In this document: piece by piece, positions 25,966 through 39,284 of the stretch
Position numbering within the stretch: the stretch's first letter is position 1
Layout of the letters: the number at the start of each line of letters is the position of its first letter
Source: Camelus ferus
Taxonomy: Eukaryota
NCBI RefSeq assembly: GCF_009834535.1
Contig: NC_045696.1
Coordinates: 55,244,001-55,308,000 of the forward strand
Reading direction: 5' to 3'
DNA length: 64,000 nucleotides
Position numbers and translations under genes: made by a program
Notes under the pieces: generated by a model
Databases searched by the model: none
Seen by the model: only the letters and a program-made list of their open reading frames with translations
Told to the model about the DNA's origin: nothing

Positions 25966-26245
25966 TAATAGAGGATTTTTAAGGCAGTGAAAATATTCCA
26001 TATGATACAATGGTGGATACAGGTGTAAACCCACACACAGTTGTTTACAACATCAAGAGTGACCCTCAAGGTAAATGATGGACTTTGGGTGACAATGAAA
26101 GATTCATCAGTTGTAACAAATGCATACTCCGGTGGGAGGCTGTGGGGAAAGAGGGGCAGAAGGTATGGAGGAATTCTCTGCACTTTCTCTAGATTTTGAT
26201 GTGAACCTAAAACTGCTCTAAAAATAAACTAAACTAAAAGTTTTT
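25966..26245 (+). mobile_element. L1MC1/2-type 3' UTR end
   Basis: gaggatttttaaggcagtgaaaatattc...gtaaatgatggactttgggtga...gtgaacctaaaactgctctaaaaataaa. Confidence 0.85.
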
Positions 26246-26639
26246 TTTTTCATCAGATACCATAAAGAAAACTAAAAGACAAAAACAAACAGGGAGGAGA
26301 TATTTCCAACACATTTAACTATCAACATACTGGTACTAAGATTCTATACTAAGCTAAAGCTGGCTTTGAGCCATTTATGTTTTTCTGGTCATTTTCCAAA
26401 TAATGGCTTAACCATGTAGATATCACCACGTATCAATTTCCACAACCCCTCTCATTCAAGTTTAATTTCCCTCACGATCCAAGTTTACCTGGGGAAGGAT
26501 TATTTTACATTCTGGACGCCTCCAATACCCTTAGTCTTTGAAAATCCCTGTCCTCAAATTTTCTTCAGAATTGATACAGTGAACACACTTCTCAGAATCC
26601 TGAACAATTCTCCAGAGACCTAAGTAGAATGGAGTGATA

Positions 26640-27460
26640 TCTTAAAGACTGGACTCCAGCTCCACCAGTAACTTGTTTCGCGAATGTGGGCAAATTACTT
26701 AAACTCTCTATGCCTCCACTTTCTCATGTGTAAAATAAGACAGTCAATAGCCACCTTATAGGAGCACTGTCAGAATTGAGTCAGTTGATGTAGGTAAAAG
26801 AGTACATCCCCAAAAGATCATATATAAGAATTGCCAAAAAGAAAAAATCACCATATGACTCAGTGACTCTATTCCTAGGTATACATCCCTGAGAAATGAA
26901 GACATATGTCCACACAAAACTTGTACACAAATGTTCATGGCAGTATTATACATAATAACCAAAAGGGAGAAGGAACCCAAGTGTCTACCAACTGATGAAT
27001 GGATAAACAAAATACTCTTTATCCATACAACAGAATAGGATTCCACAGTAAAAATGGAACGGAGTAAACAAAGTCCTGATTCATGCTACAACATGCATCA
27101 ATCTATGCTAAGTAAAGACAAACCATTCACAAAAGACCATATTTATACCAGATGTTCAGAGTAGACCCAATTCATACAGACAGAAAATAGATTGGTAATT
27201 GCCCAAGGGCTTGGGGGAGGGGAGAATGGAAAGTAATTGCTAAAGGTACATGGTTTATTTTGTGGTGATAAAATAGCTTAAAATTAGACACGGAGATGGT
27301 CACAAAAATCTGTGAACAGGCTATAAGCCACTGAATTGGAGACCTTAAAAGCGTGACATTTATGGTATATAAATTATACCTCAATAAAATGGTTATTTTT
27401 AAAAGAACATGCCCATAGAACTTGATACATGGTGAGTGCTCAGTAGCTATTGTTATTTTG
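26640..27460 (+). mobile_element. MIR split by an L1MB-type 3' fragment (26811-27399)
   Basis: MIR core gggcaaattacttaaactctctatgcctccactttctcatgtgtaaaat, resuming at 27415 (tagaacttgatacatggtgagtgctcagta); L1 part ctattcctaggtatacatccctgagaaatgaagacatatgtccacacaaaacttg...aattatacctcaataaa; approximate TSD taaaagagtacatccc / taaaagaacatgccc. Confidence 0.85.
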
Positions 27461-27809
27461 ATTCTGTTTAGCAATCTATATGTCTCCTGGCATCCCTAAA
27501 TAATTTGGACCAATCAAGACATTTTCCAATTTAAAAAAATAAGTTATGGTTCCACAAGCCAAATGCGAGGAACAGCATCCAGGGCTGGAGAGGAGAGCCC
27601 AAGAAAACCCTCTCTGGGAGAAATAAAGAGGCAGGTGTGCTCTGGTGTGTGAGAGTTTGGGACGACCCTGGGGTACAGTAAGTTCCAGAATGATTCAAGA
27701 ATTCTAAGGACCGCAGTGTAGGTACGAGCAGCAGGTATCAGCCTCCGCAGTCCTTCTACGAGCAATGAATTAAACTGGCTAGACATCATCTCCCAGCTAT
27801 GTGCCAGTC

Positions 27810-28260
27810 ACACCCCATGCTCTGTCTAATTTAATTAATTATTTCATCCCCACTCTCCTGTGAGTTTGGGTCTATTCTCATCCCCATTTTGCAGATGATA
27901 AAACTGAGGTAAAGAAGAGTCATCTCTGGAACCAATGCTTTTCACCATTGTCATGCCACCTCCCACACAATCCTTGAAACCAAATCCTTCCCATATTTAC
28001 TTAATAATAATCACAAGAGGAAATAACACATACTAGCGTACTGTACTTGAGGCAATATACTTAACAGTTTTATACATATTCATGCATTTAATTAACACAA
28101 CACAGAGATGCAGCTACTATTTTCAGATGATACAATGAGGCACAGAGAGGTTAAGTGACAGACCCAAGGTCACACAGCAGGTAGATGGCAGACCTGTCAT
28201 TTTACTCCACATAGTCTGCCTACTAGAGTTGGCCCTCTCAATCACTCTGATGTATTGCTT
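27810..28260 (-). mobile_element. Two adjacent MIR fragments
   Basis: tccccattttgcagatgataaaactgagg and tgaggcacagagaggttaagtgacagacccaaggtcacacagc. Confidence 0.8.
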
Positions 28261-30899
28261 CCTCACTGACATACATAGTATTGGCTTCATCCCCAAGATT
28301 TGTCTAAATCCTCAACATACATTCTTTTAAATCTTCAGAACAACAGTATGAAATATGTATTATTACAAAAAAAATGTAGTAAAGTAGAAGAAAATAAGTA
28401 CAGACTATCAACTACTCCGTCTAAGCGTACTCAATGAACAAGTTTCAAAGCCAAAGCAATTTGATTCGTGCCAAGGTGATTTGGCCCAGGAGTCCAGGCT
28501 CTTAAACACAACTCTGTAGTCCCTCTGTAGAGAATGAAATTCCTGGAACTATAGACTGTTCATCGTCATGCAACTGGAGATAAAGCTAATGCTGAAACAC
28601 TCCAAAAAGCTTAAAATGAAACAAAATAATACAAGTAGCAAAAAATAAAACCTTTCATCTACAGGTGTATGGGATCACTGGACAACATTAGAGGATCCTG
28701 GAATAGAGTAGGAAGGATATTTGATTCTCCCAACATCATGCTTTGATTATATACTGAGGTGCCCTCTGAGATCCTCTGTAGAATATATCCATTTAGCATT
28801 TAATTCATTAGTAAAGTTTACTCAAAGAACAGGCTAATGAGCCCAGTTCTCCCTCATGACCCAGTAGCCTTCTATCTCTTGTGTTCCCAAAGTCAAATAA
28901 TGCAACTTGCATCCACCACCAGGTGCAGGTTCCGAGGCTGCCCAGCCCTGCACACACACCCTCTTTCCTCCCAGAGACTTCTACTGCTCTGAAAAGAGCC
29001 TTTGAATCCCCCTCTCTGGTACTCAGAGAACACCTGCTCAAAGGATGCTAGGGGCGCCAAGGCCTACTCCCTTGACTTGATAACCAGGAGTAGCCGTTGC
29101 TCCTTTTTTGTAGGGTTGGGGAAACAATCCACTTAAAGTCCCTAGTCTGTCACCCACTAATCCTGCTCACCACGTGCCCTGGCTCCGAGCTTCTGCCTCT
29201 CCTCTCCTCACTGCTGCCAACACTGGGCTATTTCTCTGTACCTCCACTCCCAGAGCTGCATGTGATCGGGGGAAATACAATCAAATACATCGTACTGGGT
29301 CCTTTTTGGCAGTCAGTTACAAGTTCCATGGGGGAGAAGACTGACACTATTGATTAAAATGAAGTCTTTGTATTATCTATGAATATCATCCAAGACTCTG
29401 AAGAATAGGCGTTTTGCAATTTGCCAGTTTGCATCATCTGAAATCAATTATAGATGGTACATGTGTCCTCATGAGTTATCAGTTATACTCACGTGCATGT
29501 ATGTCCTACAAATAAATACAGTCTCAGAACCGCACACATTCGCAGCCAGTGACACAGATTTACACACCAACATCAGCAACTCTGTGAGGAGGCCTTATCC
29601 TTCTCATCAATTTTTTCTTGGTGCCAGCCGAGATTCTCAAGTCGCAGTCAGCAGTGGTACTATCAAAATGTATTTTTAAGCCCATTGTGTTGTTTTGACA
29701 AACTAAACGATTAATTAACAGCAATCTAACAAACAGATCTCTACTTACAGCTCAGAATGAGACACACACGCAGATCGCCGTAACCATTCTGCAGCCACCA
29801 TTCCTCAGGAAGAATACTGCCTAATTAATTATAATTGATCACAAAGATTAGATTCAAATTCCACTAGCAGGGCAGAAGCCCAAACAGAGGAAGTAAATCA
29901 GAAAACTATTCTCTGAATCCGTAATGAACCAACAAGCTTTGGAGATAAACAGATTTGTTTTAATTGTAGTTAAAAAAAATAATTTAAGAACATTTGGAGG
30001 ACTTGGGAGAAAAAATACAGAGTCGAGGAAGGGGTAGAGCTAAAATCAGGGAATCACTGATTCAAGTGAATGCTTAAGTTCTCATCTCTGACTCTGTATA
30101 AAAAATCTGTAAGGTGTTCACCAAGGTAGGAGTTGGGCACAGGACATGCGGTTATCACACTGCAGACAAGGTCTTGATGGATACTTCCTGTTGATCACAT
30201 TCTCACAGACCACAAGGCATGTCCTTGTAAGCTGGAAGACTCTCAGGCAGCTTTCTCTCACCTATTTTTCCTTCCGAGTACCCTTCTCCCCTTCCTTTGA
30301 CTATAGAGGCCCCTCCCCTGGCCACAGGCACATGTAAGACAGTAGCCCTGACCTCAACTCCTCACTCCCCAGCCTCAGTAAAGTTCATGACCCAAGGAGA
30401 GGATTCAAGATCCAATCTGAGCCCATCAAAGGCTTTCTGAAAGATTTTAAAACCAGAGCTTGGAGAGAGAAGTCCCTTCTCATCTTCAATGCCCTTTCCT
30501 CCTTGGCCACGAGGTTACGAAGTGAACTGCCACGGGGACGAAGAGTGGGCGCCCAGCTCCAGGCGGGAGGTGCTCAGCACTGCGCTGCTTCCCAGGCATT
30601 CATTCAACTTGTCTTCTCCGTTTTTGCTTTACTAGTTCAAGCTGGGTTCAACAAGAGTTCCCAAGACTCTATTGGGAAGTTAAGTCAGTCCAGAAACTCC
30701 TCAAATGAAGGGGTGTCCACTATAGAAACAGTCTGATAGAGAACAGGGGCAGTTCTGGGCCACACAGAAGCCTTGAACAAATTCTTGGCTCGGGTGCTGG
30801 AATTTCACCTCCCACGTGGGCTACACTGAAGCTGCAGATCTTATCATCAGGATTGGGTGATGGAGAGAACACGAAATTTGTCATGAAGAGGATCTGGCT

Positions 30900-31050
30900 G
30901 CAAGCTGTGATTCCTTGGTCCTTAGCAAGTGTCTTAACCTTTCTGAGCCAGTTTCCCCATTCATAAAACTGGATGATAATCCCTCGCTGGGGTTTGTGAG
31001 GATTAAATGAGATAATGCACAAAGAGGAAATGCATAAATACTAGTGTCTG
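30900..31050 (+). mobile_element. MIR fragment
   Basis: gcaagtgtcttaacctttctgagccagtttccccattcataaaactgg...gtgaggattaaatgagataatgca. Confidence 0.85.
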
Positions 31051-31949
31051 GAATAGTCTGAGGGAATCAGCCTGCGTGCTGCAGCACAGTCCGCTGTTAC
31101 CATCGCTTTCCTCCTCTCTCTCAACAGCTGAGCACAATAACATGCACCCTCTTTCTCCCGGTGCACAAGAATGTAGCGAATGAGCAATTAGAATCTAAAA
31201 CCCTATCCGATCTATAAAATACTAGTATCTGATTTTAACTTAGAGCTTCTTGGATGTGATGGGTGTACCAGAAATGTTCATGCATTTATTAATATAGTTG
31301 GTTGTATAAATAGTGACCTCCGTAATTTAAAACAACTTGGGAGAAGGCCCAGCCCAATGTGGGATACTTTTTTAAAAGTGTACTCGAATTAGTTTCAAAC
31401 ATATTCAGTAACTGAAATAATTCTGAAGAGAATTGCCTGGGAGCATCGATGATGTAATGCAATGACAAAAATGATTTATAATCAGGATATCGAAAGTTGG
31501 GACATAAAATGTCAGGTTAATTCCTGTCATCTCTGGTGGAACAAAAAGGGCTCTGACCTGGTGCTGGAAGAGCTGACTTCTTCCACATCTTTGTCTGCAA
31601 AATTGGAATTAAAATGCCTAAGATGTGGATTTAATGTAAGGCTTAGAATTCAAAAAGTAAGGATAAAACTACACAGTCTGGAAGACAGGTTTACATACGT
31701 CCAGCTCCTGACAGTATCCCCAGGTCCAGCACAGTGCATGACCCTTAGCAAGCTCTCTGGACACACAGAAACAGATCAATAAATGTGCAAGTTCATAATA
31801 CAGAGCTTAGCACATCAACTATCAGGACACAGAATTTCAGCAGACAACTCGGTGTTCGCGCAGAACCTCTGGGACCTTGCTCCAGTGCACGCCAGCTACT
31901 TTTACTGGGGTTCACCCACTGGGATGGGTTTCTAGCAGTCTTGTTTGTA

Positions 31950-32341
31950 CCCCACGAGCCTGACATTTTGGCCCCATCCCATTTTTTTGGACCAGAGATA
32001 GGCATTTGACCCAAGAAGACTCAATCAGACTTTCCCAACTCAGAATTTGGAATAAGGACTAAGCAAGCTGAGCTCTTTCCAGATCAGCTGCTAGAAAAGA
32101 AACATGGAAACTGAAGACCTAGGATGAATCATATCCCACCAGGAGGGTCAGAGAAGCAGGTCTCAGAGAGAAAAACAAAGAGGTTTTCAGGAAGAGACAA
32201 ATATTCCATTCTGAGTCCTAGTCTCTCATTAAAATCTAACTACTTTCCTGCCCTTGGGATCCATGAGATGGTCTCTATACCCTTCTGATAAATTTTCCCT
32301 CTGTGCTAGCTTGGAGGATAAGCAAAATAGCTTTTAATACA
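31950..32341 (+). mobile_element. ERVL LTR fragment (LTR33-like)
   Basis: ggaccagagataggcatttgacccaag...caatcagactttcc...gaatttggaat...cctgcccttggg...ccatgagat...ataaattttccc...taataca. Confidence 0.65.
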
Positions 32342-34439
32342 ATAGGGAAGGGGTAAGCAATCAGTGAAAAAAATTCTTCCTGCAAAATAAACAAATCAGA
32401 AGAAGTAAACAAGTTTTGCCCAAGGTACATTTATTTTCTTGGTGTGGTGCTTGGGTAAGTCAGAGGGGAGTGAGATATGTGCTTATTATAGGTACACTAA
32501 CAGCTCAGAATTCTTCTAGGACTAGCCGACCATGGTGTAATACTTAAATTACCTGATTTTTAAAAAATTACCTGATTTTTTAAAATATTCATTTCATGTT
32601 ACTGCTTCTAACAACTATTTTCATTCCTAAAGTACAAAAGAGGTTACTGAGTCTCAGGAAGAAAAGATGACTTAGCCAAGATTTTATAGTCAGCAAGCAG
32701 CAAGAAACTTGACACAGCCTAGGCTTTCTGTAAGTGCTGTACTCAGTACACACCAGGCTCCAGGATGGGAGAGAAACCACACGGATATTTTATATTGGAG
32801 GGCAGGATATCCCAATCACTTTAGTATGGGGAAATGTTTTTATAGTCAAGAGATTTTTAAAGATCTGCACTTCAGAATAGGTATACTTCTATCCACTTAC
32901 CAAGAAAAAAAATCAATGAAAATAATTAGAATAATGTCAATAATGCTTTAAAATAACTTTGCATGTTATTAACCAATAAAACAAATTGAAAATTTTGTGT
33001 TTACATATGCTGAGGTAGGGGTAAAAGAGAGAGAGAGGGAGAGAGAGAGGAGGAAGGAAAGAAAGAATATAATTGAACAACAGCCTTATTTTTTTTTAAT
33101 GTATTCTAAATACAGTGGTTGGTACAGTTATAGATTAAGAAACCCTACCATTAAACAAGACCTCCCAGGGAACACTGGCCCTCAAGAAAGGAACCACTCT
33201 AATGAGGAAAACTGACTGTTTCTAACTTTAGACATTTCAGTAAAGAGGTTAATTTCAGACTCTTCAAAAGTGGTTTAATTTAGTAAAAACTGTTTGGAGA
33301 TAGCCTTGCCCTGCACATCTCTTCGTAAGTAGGAAACCTGGATTCAGGATTTTCTGAGAAACAGGGGGAACCATGGATTTAGTACAAAGGGTTTAGTCAG
33401 GAACACAGAAGCCACTGAAGACATTATTAATAGGAGGGGACTTCACAAATGAATCAGAGGCAGACACAATTTTCACTAGGGTTGAAAGCATAAAGGCCTA
33501 GGAGGCCACTGCGGTCTGGTGGAAAACCCAGAAGGGCATGAGTCACCACGGCCTCAGCTGCCTACAGCAATATGAGGATGCCTAGAGCACCGGCTGCACC
33601 AGACACCTGCACCTGCTGCTGCACTTGTGCCCCCGCCCACAGCTGCAGCCAGAGAACAATGGCTTCCCCTTCCCTTCCTCTTCTGAATTGCATGGGCGTG
33701 TCTCTTGGCAGAACATAACCTGGAATTTTGCTGATAAGAATGCTAGGAAATGTAGTTTTCGGCCTTCTTTCCTATGGCAGTATAAGGGGGAGCCTGATGC
33801 TGATTTGGTTACCCCTTTTCTCAACTCAAATCCATAAAACCCTTTTGACCTATATTTATCTTCTAACCAACATTAACAACAACCTCATGTGTCCACCTAA
33901 TGTAAGGCAACTACCTCTCACACAAATGTAGATGCATTCATGCTCTCCTGCAAAAGAGGAGACTCAGAGTTCCCTCAGGAACCATATCCATCACTGAGTA
34001 GTTAATTCCTCTTCTAGTTTAGTCACAATCCTTCTTTGATAGCCAGTAAACTAAAGATTAAATTAGAAAGTTAATCATAACTAACATACCTTATATAAAA
34101 CCATATGGAAAAGAGAGAAGGTACAAAGAAGAAATTAGTATATGAGACATCTATATCTCATGTATCTCAAAGCAAGTGTATGTATCTCAAAGCAAAAAAA
34201 GATAAAACACATAACTAACACAGTCCTCATTTTTCAAGTGCCCACAAGGCCATGAACTTCCTTCTTCTGCCACCCATTCCATGTTCCTTTTATAATAAAT
34301 CAGCATCTAAGCCAGTCAGACCTATTTATCTGCTGGGATGACCAAATTTTCATTCCTGAAGGTGCCCATATTAGGCTGCTACAGACTTTCATTAAATTCT
34401 ACCAGTCGAATATGGAATATACCCCAGTAAATCCTCTAT

Positions 34440-37300
34440 GCTCCAGATACTCTGCCTTCCCTCTTTCACGTAACAGCAACCCCAATCCCCTTCATGATCA
34501 GAATCAACCACCAGTGAGACACTAACTCCCTCCTGTCTCTTGTTTCAGTGATGCAAAGAGCCCTGAATGGTCAGATTGTTGTCTCAACTTCTAGTAATAA
34601 TTAACGATGTATCCCCTAGTGAAAAGATTCTTTATTTGGGAACTAAGACTTCTAAATCATCAGAGTCCAAAGTTGCGAAGTTGGGAAGCAAAAACTGGTA
34701 TTCTCGACCCATATATTCTGGCAGTGTGATAAATGGTATCACATATGGGTTACTGTTTTTGAGTATTTACTGCATCTTGCTTCTGAGTGAATGAGGGACA
34801 TGAGAAGACCAGTCAATCCCATGAATGCATCTCTTTCCCTCACTCTATTTTTATTTATTATTTTGGCTACAAAATAAAATTCCTTGGTCAGAGTAAAAAT
34901 ATTGTATGTGATATGAAGACAGTGAATAATGCATTCAGTAAGTCCACAGATGGTGGTGCTGGCAGAAGCACTGCTGACAGAGAAGGCAGACCCATATCCA
35001 TCGTATGTATCTATCCCAAGCAGAAAAAAAAAAAAAAAATGCTGCCCCCTCATTGATGAAAGAAGTCCAATGTAATCAGCTTGCCACCAGGTGGCTGGCT
35101 GGTCCTTCTGGGGAATGCTGCCATATTGGGAGCTCAGCTTTGGTCTCTGCCATTGACATAATAACATGTTGGGCAGTCAGCAGTAGCAGCCAGAGGAACC
35201 ATGGTGAGGGAAAATCTATGTTGTTGGGCTCATGAATAACATCTATTGCTACTAAAATGGCCACTTTGTTGATAAGCAAGTCATGGAGTAGCTGGGGGAA
35301 GAAGGTGACAGCCATTATGGATCAGGCCATGTAGTCCCTGTGATTATTAGAGTCTTCTCTGCAGCACAAGCCCTTTGTTGAGCAACTACATGGATAACAA
35401 TTATCCTTAACGCTATACCCATTCCAAAAGGTCCATCCATAGACCTTTTCCTCAGAGCCTTCAGTCCCCAAGCCTCTAATCTTGATCTTCCCAAGTCCCT
35501 GATCATCCAGCCAACAATTTTGCACTGCCTAGTATAGATCATACTTCTGGCTATGTCTTAAAGTTCTTCCCATAGGAAGGTTTCTCCTTCCCTACTGTCC
35601 TCTGGGGTCATTCCTGCAATGTAACAGCAATGCATTCCATGTCTGGTATGAGAATATCACACAGGACCATCTAAAAATTTGAGGCCCCAGGTTTTTCCTT
35701 CTCTAATCAAATGATCATAAGCAGCTTCCCATTAGTCCATAGGTGTGGGGTGGAGGGGAGGCAGCAATACAGAAGTAGATTCCATGGGAGTCCAAACCAT
35801 TTGCTTAAGCAACTTACTCCTGCCTCGAGGATTTATTCAAATCTTGTCTTATCTATACCATTTCCACTTGATCATGGAATGCTACTGTACCTGCCCAACT
35901 TTGTGGCTTGGTTAACCAGATAACACTCAACAGATGATGTGTAGTTCAGGAAGCATGGCCATATATGGTCCAATGGTCAAAGATTCAGTCTTGGAAGCAA
36001 GCATGGAATTGTTTTCAACAGGGTATGACATTATTTTATAACCTAGGGATCAGCACTGTGATTCTCTAATCAGAGTTTTCCTGAGGTTCCAGAGAACATT
36101 CCACTCTGTCCCAGACATCTCAATACATCTGATTTCATTAGGCTCAAGTCTCAAAAGCACCTTGCACTACAGCCTGTACAGTAAAACTGGCAGTCTCGTT
36201 GGTTATTTGATAAATGAGTCAAAGTATCACATTGAAATGAGGTATTCAGAGAAATTGACTGGTGTTGAACTTCTTGCTTGTGACTGGGGATCCAAAATGC
36301 AGCATCTTGTCTCTCACACTTCTGAGGGGACAGCACAGCATGCCAGACCACTGAACTCCTATGAACTGCCCTAAAGTGATGAGCTCTGACTTTTCATGGG
36401 TGGTGTTTCCACTTTTGTGCACAATGTGTTGATGAAGACATCTAGTATATTTGCTACTCACCAGGGGTGACTGGTAGGATGTCGACAATGTAGAAGACCA
36501 GCATGACAAACTGTGGGTTAGTGAGATGATAAAGGTTCCTGAAGACTCAATAGGAGGGAGTCTGAAAATTGGCACTGTTGTGAGGAAAATGAAGGAAGGC
36601 AGACTGCAGTTCCTGTTAGATGCAACAAATAGCCTCTGGTGGTCTTTGCTGTTCACCAGAGAAAAACAGTTGATAGATCAATGGCTACAAAGAAGGTACT
36701 AGGGACAAGATGGTCATTAACACCAAAAGGACAAGGCCAAAGCCATAAACAGGATGGTTCAGCATGAAGATATCTGTTCTTGGAAAGAGACTGTATCTAA
36801 AACAGTAGCTGAAATTGGAGTTATCATACCTGATTAGGTTTAAGAGAATCTACTGTCTTTCCTCCAGCTCTGGTTGTGTTCCATGTAGGATAAATATGGT
36901 GTTCAGTGGTGATGACACAAGAATCACACTTTTGTGTCTTTCAATGGTTTCTTGGTAGCACTAAGTTTGTAATTTTCCAAGGGAATATAGTATTTGGTTT
37001 ACTATTTGTGTGGGAGAGACAATTCCATGGACTTCTACTTGGCTCTTCCTATGTTTATCCTAAATTTACAAGTTACGCAGCCAAAGAAGGGATTTTCCAG
37101 TGGCCTAGTGTGTCTCCCAATTATGCCTTCAGGAACTAGAGAAGTGCCACAGGGTGGTGGTGTGGATACACTGCGCTCACTGTGAGACTGACTAAAGCCA
37201 AAAATGCACATACTACCTGACTTTATCAGTCTTCGTTCTGACTGGAGGACCATAGCAGTATATTGGATCATCACGCATCAACTGAGAGCTAAAGTCTAGG
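34440..37300 (-). pseudogene. Disrupted ERV-L pol (RT, RNase H, integrase) and dUTPase
   Basis: ORF 34739-35167 (CQWQRPKLSSQYGSIPQKDQPATWWQADYIG...GIDTYDGYG...TTICGLTECIIH) is ERV-L integrase-like; the RT YIDD motif has decayed to YIVD at 36481-36492; a WRMTVDYRKLN-like stretch lies at ~36835-36870 and a GVIDPDYQGEI-like dUTPase motif at ~34480-34530. Many stops and frameshifts. Confidence 0.9.
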
Positions 37301-38864
37301 AATTACCCTCAAATATGAGGGTTTTTTTTTTTTTTCACTTTTTAAGGGTGCATAAGCTTTTGGAAATAGCTGCCTGAGCCTTTGGGGTAAGATTAGAAGG
37401 ACTACTTGCAACATGTCTACCTGTGGCCATACTGTAGGGTTCTTTCTCAAGGGAAGACTTCCTTTCTTCATTCAAGTATCTTTGGGTCTGTGAACTAGTT
37501 CCAGTTTGGAAATTGTATGAGGGAATGTTAGTCATCATTTTTATGACACAAATCAAGGTTCTCTATTCACTATACATATCTTTTTTGCAGTTTACTCAGA
37601 TCAAATAAGACTCGAGAAGGCTTCCCATCTATCTCAGTCCTAAGGATACCAAGGTCAACTACCTATTACTCCCCCAAAGCTCTGCATGTGAAATCATTCT
37701 GATATTGCTCTGGCTCTACTGCTCATTACCATGACCACAAATTCCTTTTCTTCAGTAGTTAAGCATGATTACTTGTCGTCTGTCATTCCAGGATCCCAAA
37801 CCCTCATTTATTTAAGGGAACTCATTTCAATCACAGCATTTTCCAGTACCACTCTTAGCCTGTAGAGAAGAATAATTAAAGAATTTTTCACAGATACTGG
37901 TGTTCCCCTCACTAGTGTCTTTTCTCATGCTCCAGTAAAAATAATGTTATCTAGGCCTTCCTGATGAATGTGAGTAAAGGCATCATGTTTGATAAACCTA
38001 ATCCAATATTTCTGCCTCTAAACCTTTAGATTCATTCCTTGACATTTCACCCAGGAAAGTCTAGCACCTCAACATCATTTACTACCAGCCACAATTAAGT
38101 CCACATTTATGTCCTCCAAGTAAACAACTGTACTTGAGTCAGTTTCAGTGGTTTCAGGTAAAACTTCAAATACATTTTGATAAATTCAGCCCAATCCAAT
38201 GCTACATTATTTCTTTCTCGGTATACAACTTTTAAGAATCTATTGGTAAATCTTCTTTTGGTGAATATGCTGTCTCTTTCAAGTTTAGATTGTGTCCTCT
38301 TACCCCTAGAGGCTGCTAAGATCCAGTATTAGTTTGGATCCAGAGGCAGTAAGAGTGGGAGTAAGCCTTAAGGATAGTCAGCTTCTCCTAACTGCTTTAA
38401 GTCATTTTATCCCAGGGTCTTTATAAACCACCTGATAGATACAAAGAGGAACTGTTACTCCTGACAAGGGAATTCAGGATGACCTGGGGCTCAAGGTCCA
38501 AATATTTAACAGACTTCATCCAAATGTCCCATTCTAACTCTAAGCATCCCATGCCTTCATTAATCTCCCTATGCACTGATAAACATTCATCCCATAGTCC
38601 TCCAACCGATTTCCTTTATAACATTCCATTACAACAGCCACTTTGTCTTCTGATGCATTATATCTCATAGACACTTAGCTATGGACAAATATAAATGAAA
38701 ATTTAACTAAGTTTTTACCACCACGTGCCATAAACTATGAGCTTTCCAGTTTTCCCTGGTCATTTCTCATTTAAGCCTCACTAAATCCAATAACCAATCC
38801 CACATTCGCTATTTGAAATTCTGTTTCCTGGATCCTGAAGCTTTACCAGCTAGGCTTTCGCCAG

Positions 38865-39284
38865 TGTGATGGTTCATCTTATGTGTTAAATTGGAGGATG
38901 CTTTTAGGTAAGATTGAAATTAAAACTGGTGAACTTTAAGCAAACAAACCACCCTCTATAAGATGAATGCGCCTCATCCAGTCAGCTGAAGGACTGCATA
39001 AAACAAAAAGATCCGGCCACCCCAGGCAAGACTCAAAGCTCCAGAAGACTGCCTCGGACTTCGCCTGTTCTCTCACCCCTTCTGGGTCTGGAGGTGGCCT
39101 GCCTTCAGACTGGACCTGCACCACTGGATCTGTTAGTCTCTAGCCTGCCAGCCTGCACTGCAGCTTTTGGATTCACCAGCCTCCGCAACGGCACAGGCCA
39201 ATTCCTGATAATAAAACTTTCTCTCTTCCTATATCCATACACATCCTACTGGTTCTGTTTCTGCAGAGAATCCTGACTAATACA
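38865..39284 (+). mobile_element. MLT2 (ERVL) solo LTR nested in the 5' LTR of the older provirus
   Basis: tgtgatggttcatcttatgtg...cctcatccagtcagctgaagg...cctactggttctgtttctgcagagaatcctgactaataca; TG...CA termini; flanks gccag/gtcac each differ by one base from gtcag in the sister LTR. Confidence 0.92.

Larger units (their letters stand above)
24820..26345 (+). mobile_element. Fragmented old L1 (5' region and ORF2 piece) interrupted by a MIR and an L1MC 3' end
   Basis: L1M-like 5' pattern at 24820-25600; gggtaaaggacttcttagacaagaca ... aaatttgattacatcaaaatttaaaacctt ... catcagataccataaagaaaactaaaagacaa is ORF2-like; (CA)n at 25351-25371. Confidence 0.55.

Noticed and set aside
29044..29060. 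CTCF site gctaggggcgcc
   Set aside because: One G short of the core spacing and lacks the 5' CC; weak match.
34739..35167. Domesticated retroviral integrase gene
   Set aside because: The frame contains a poly-T expansion (FFFFF), drifts out of homology before the second catalytic Asp (SDQG region), and the surrounding pol is full of stops.
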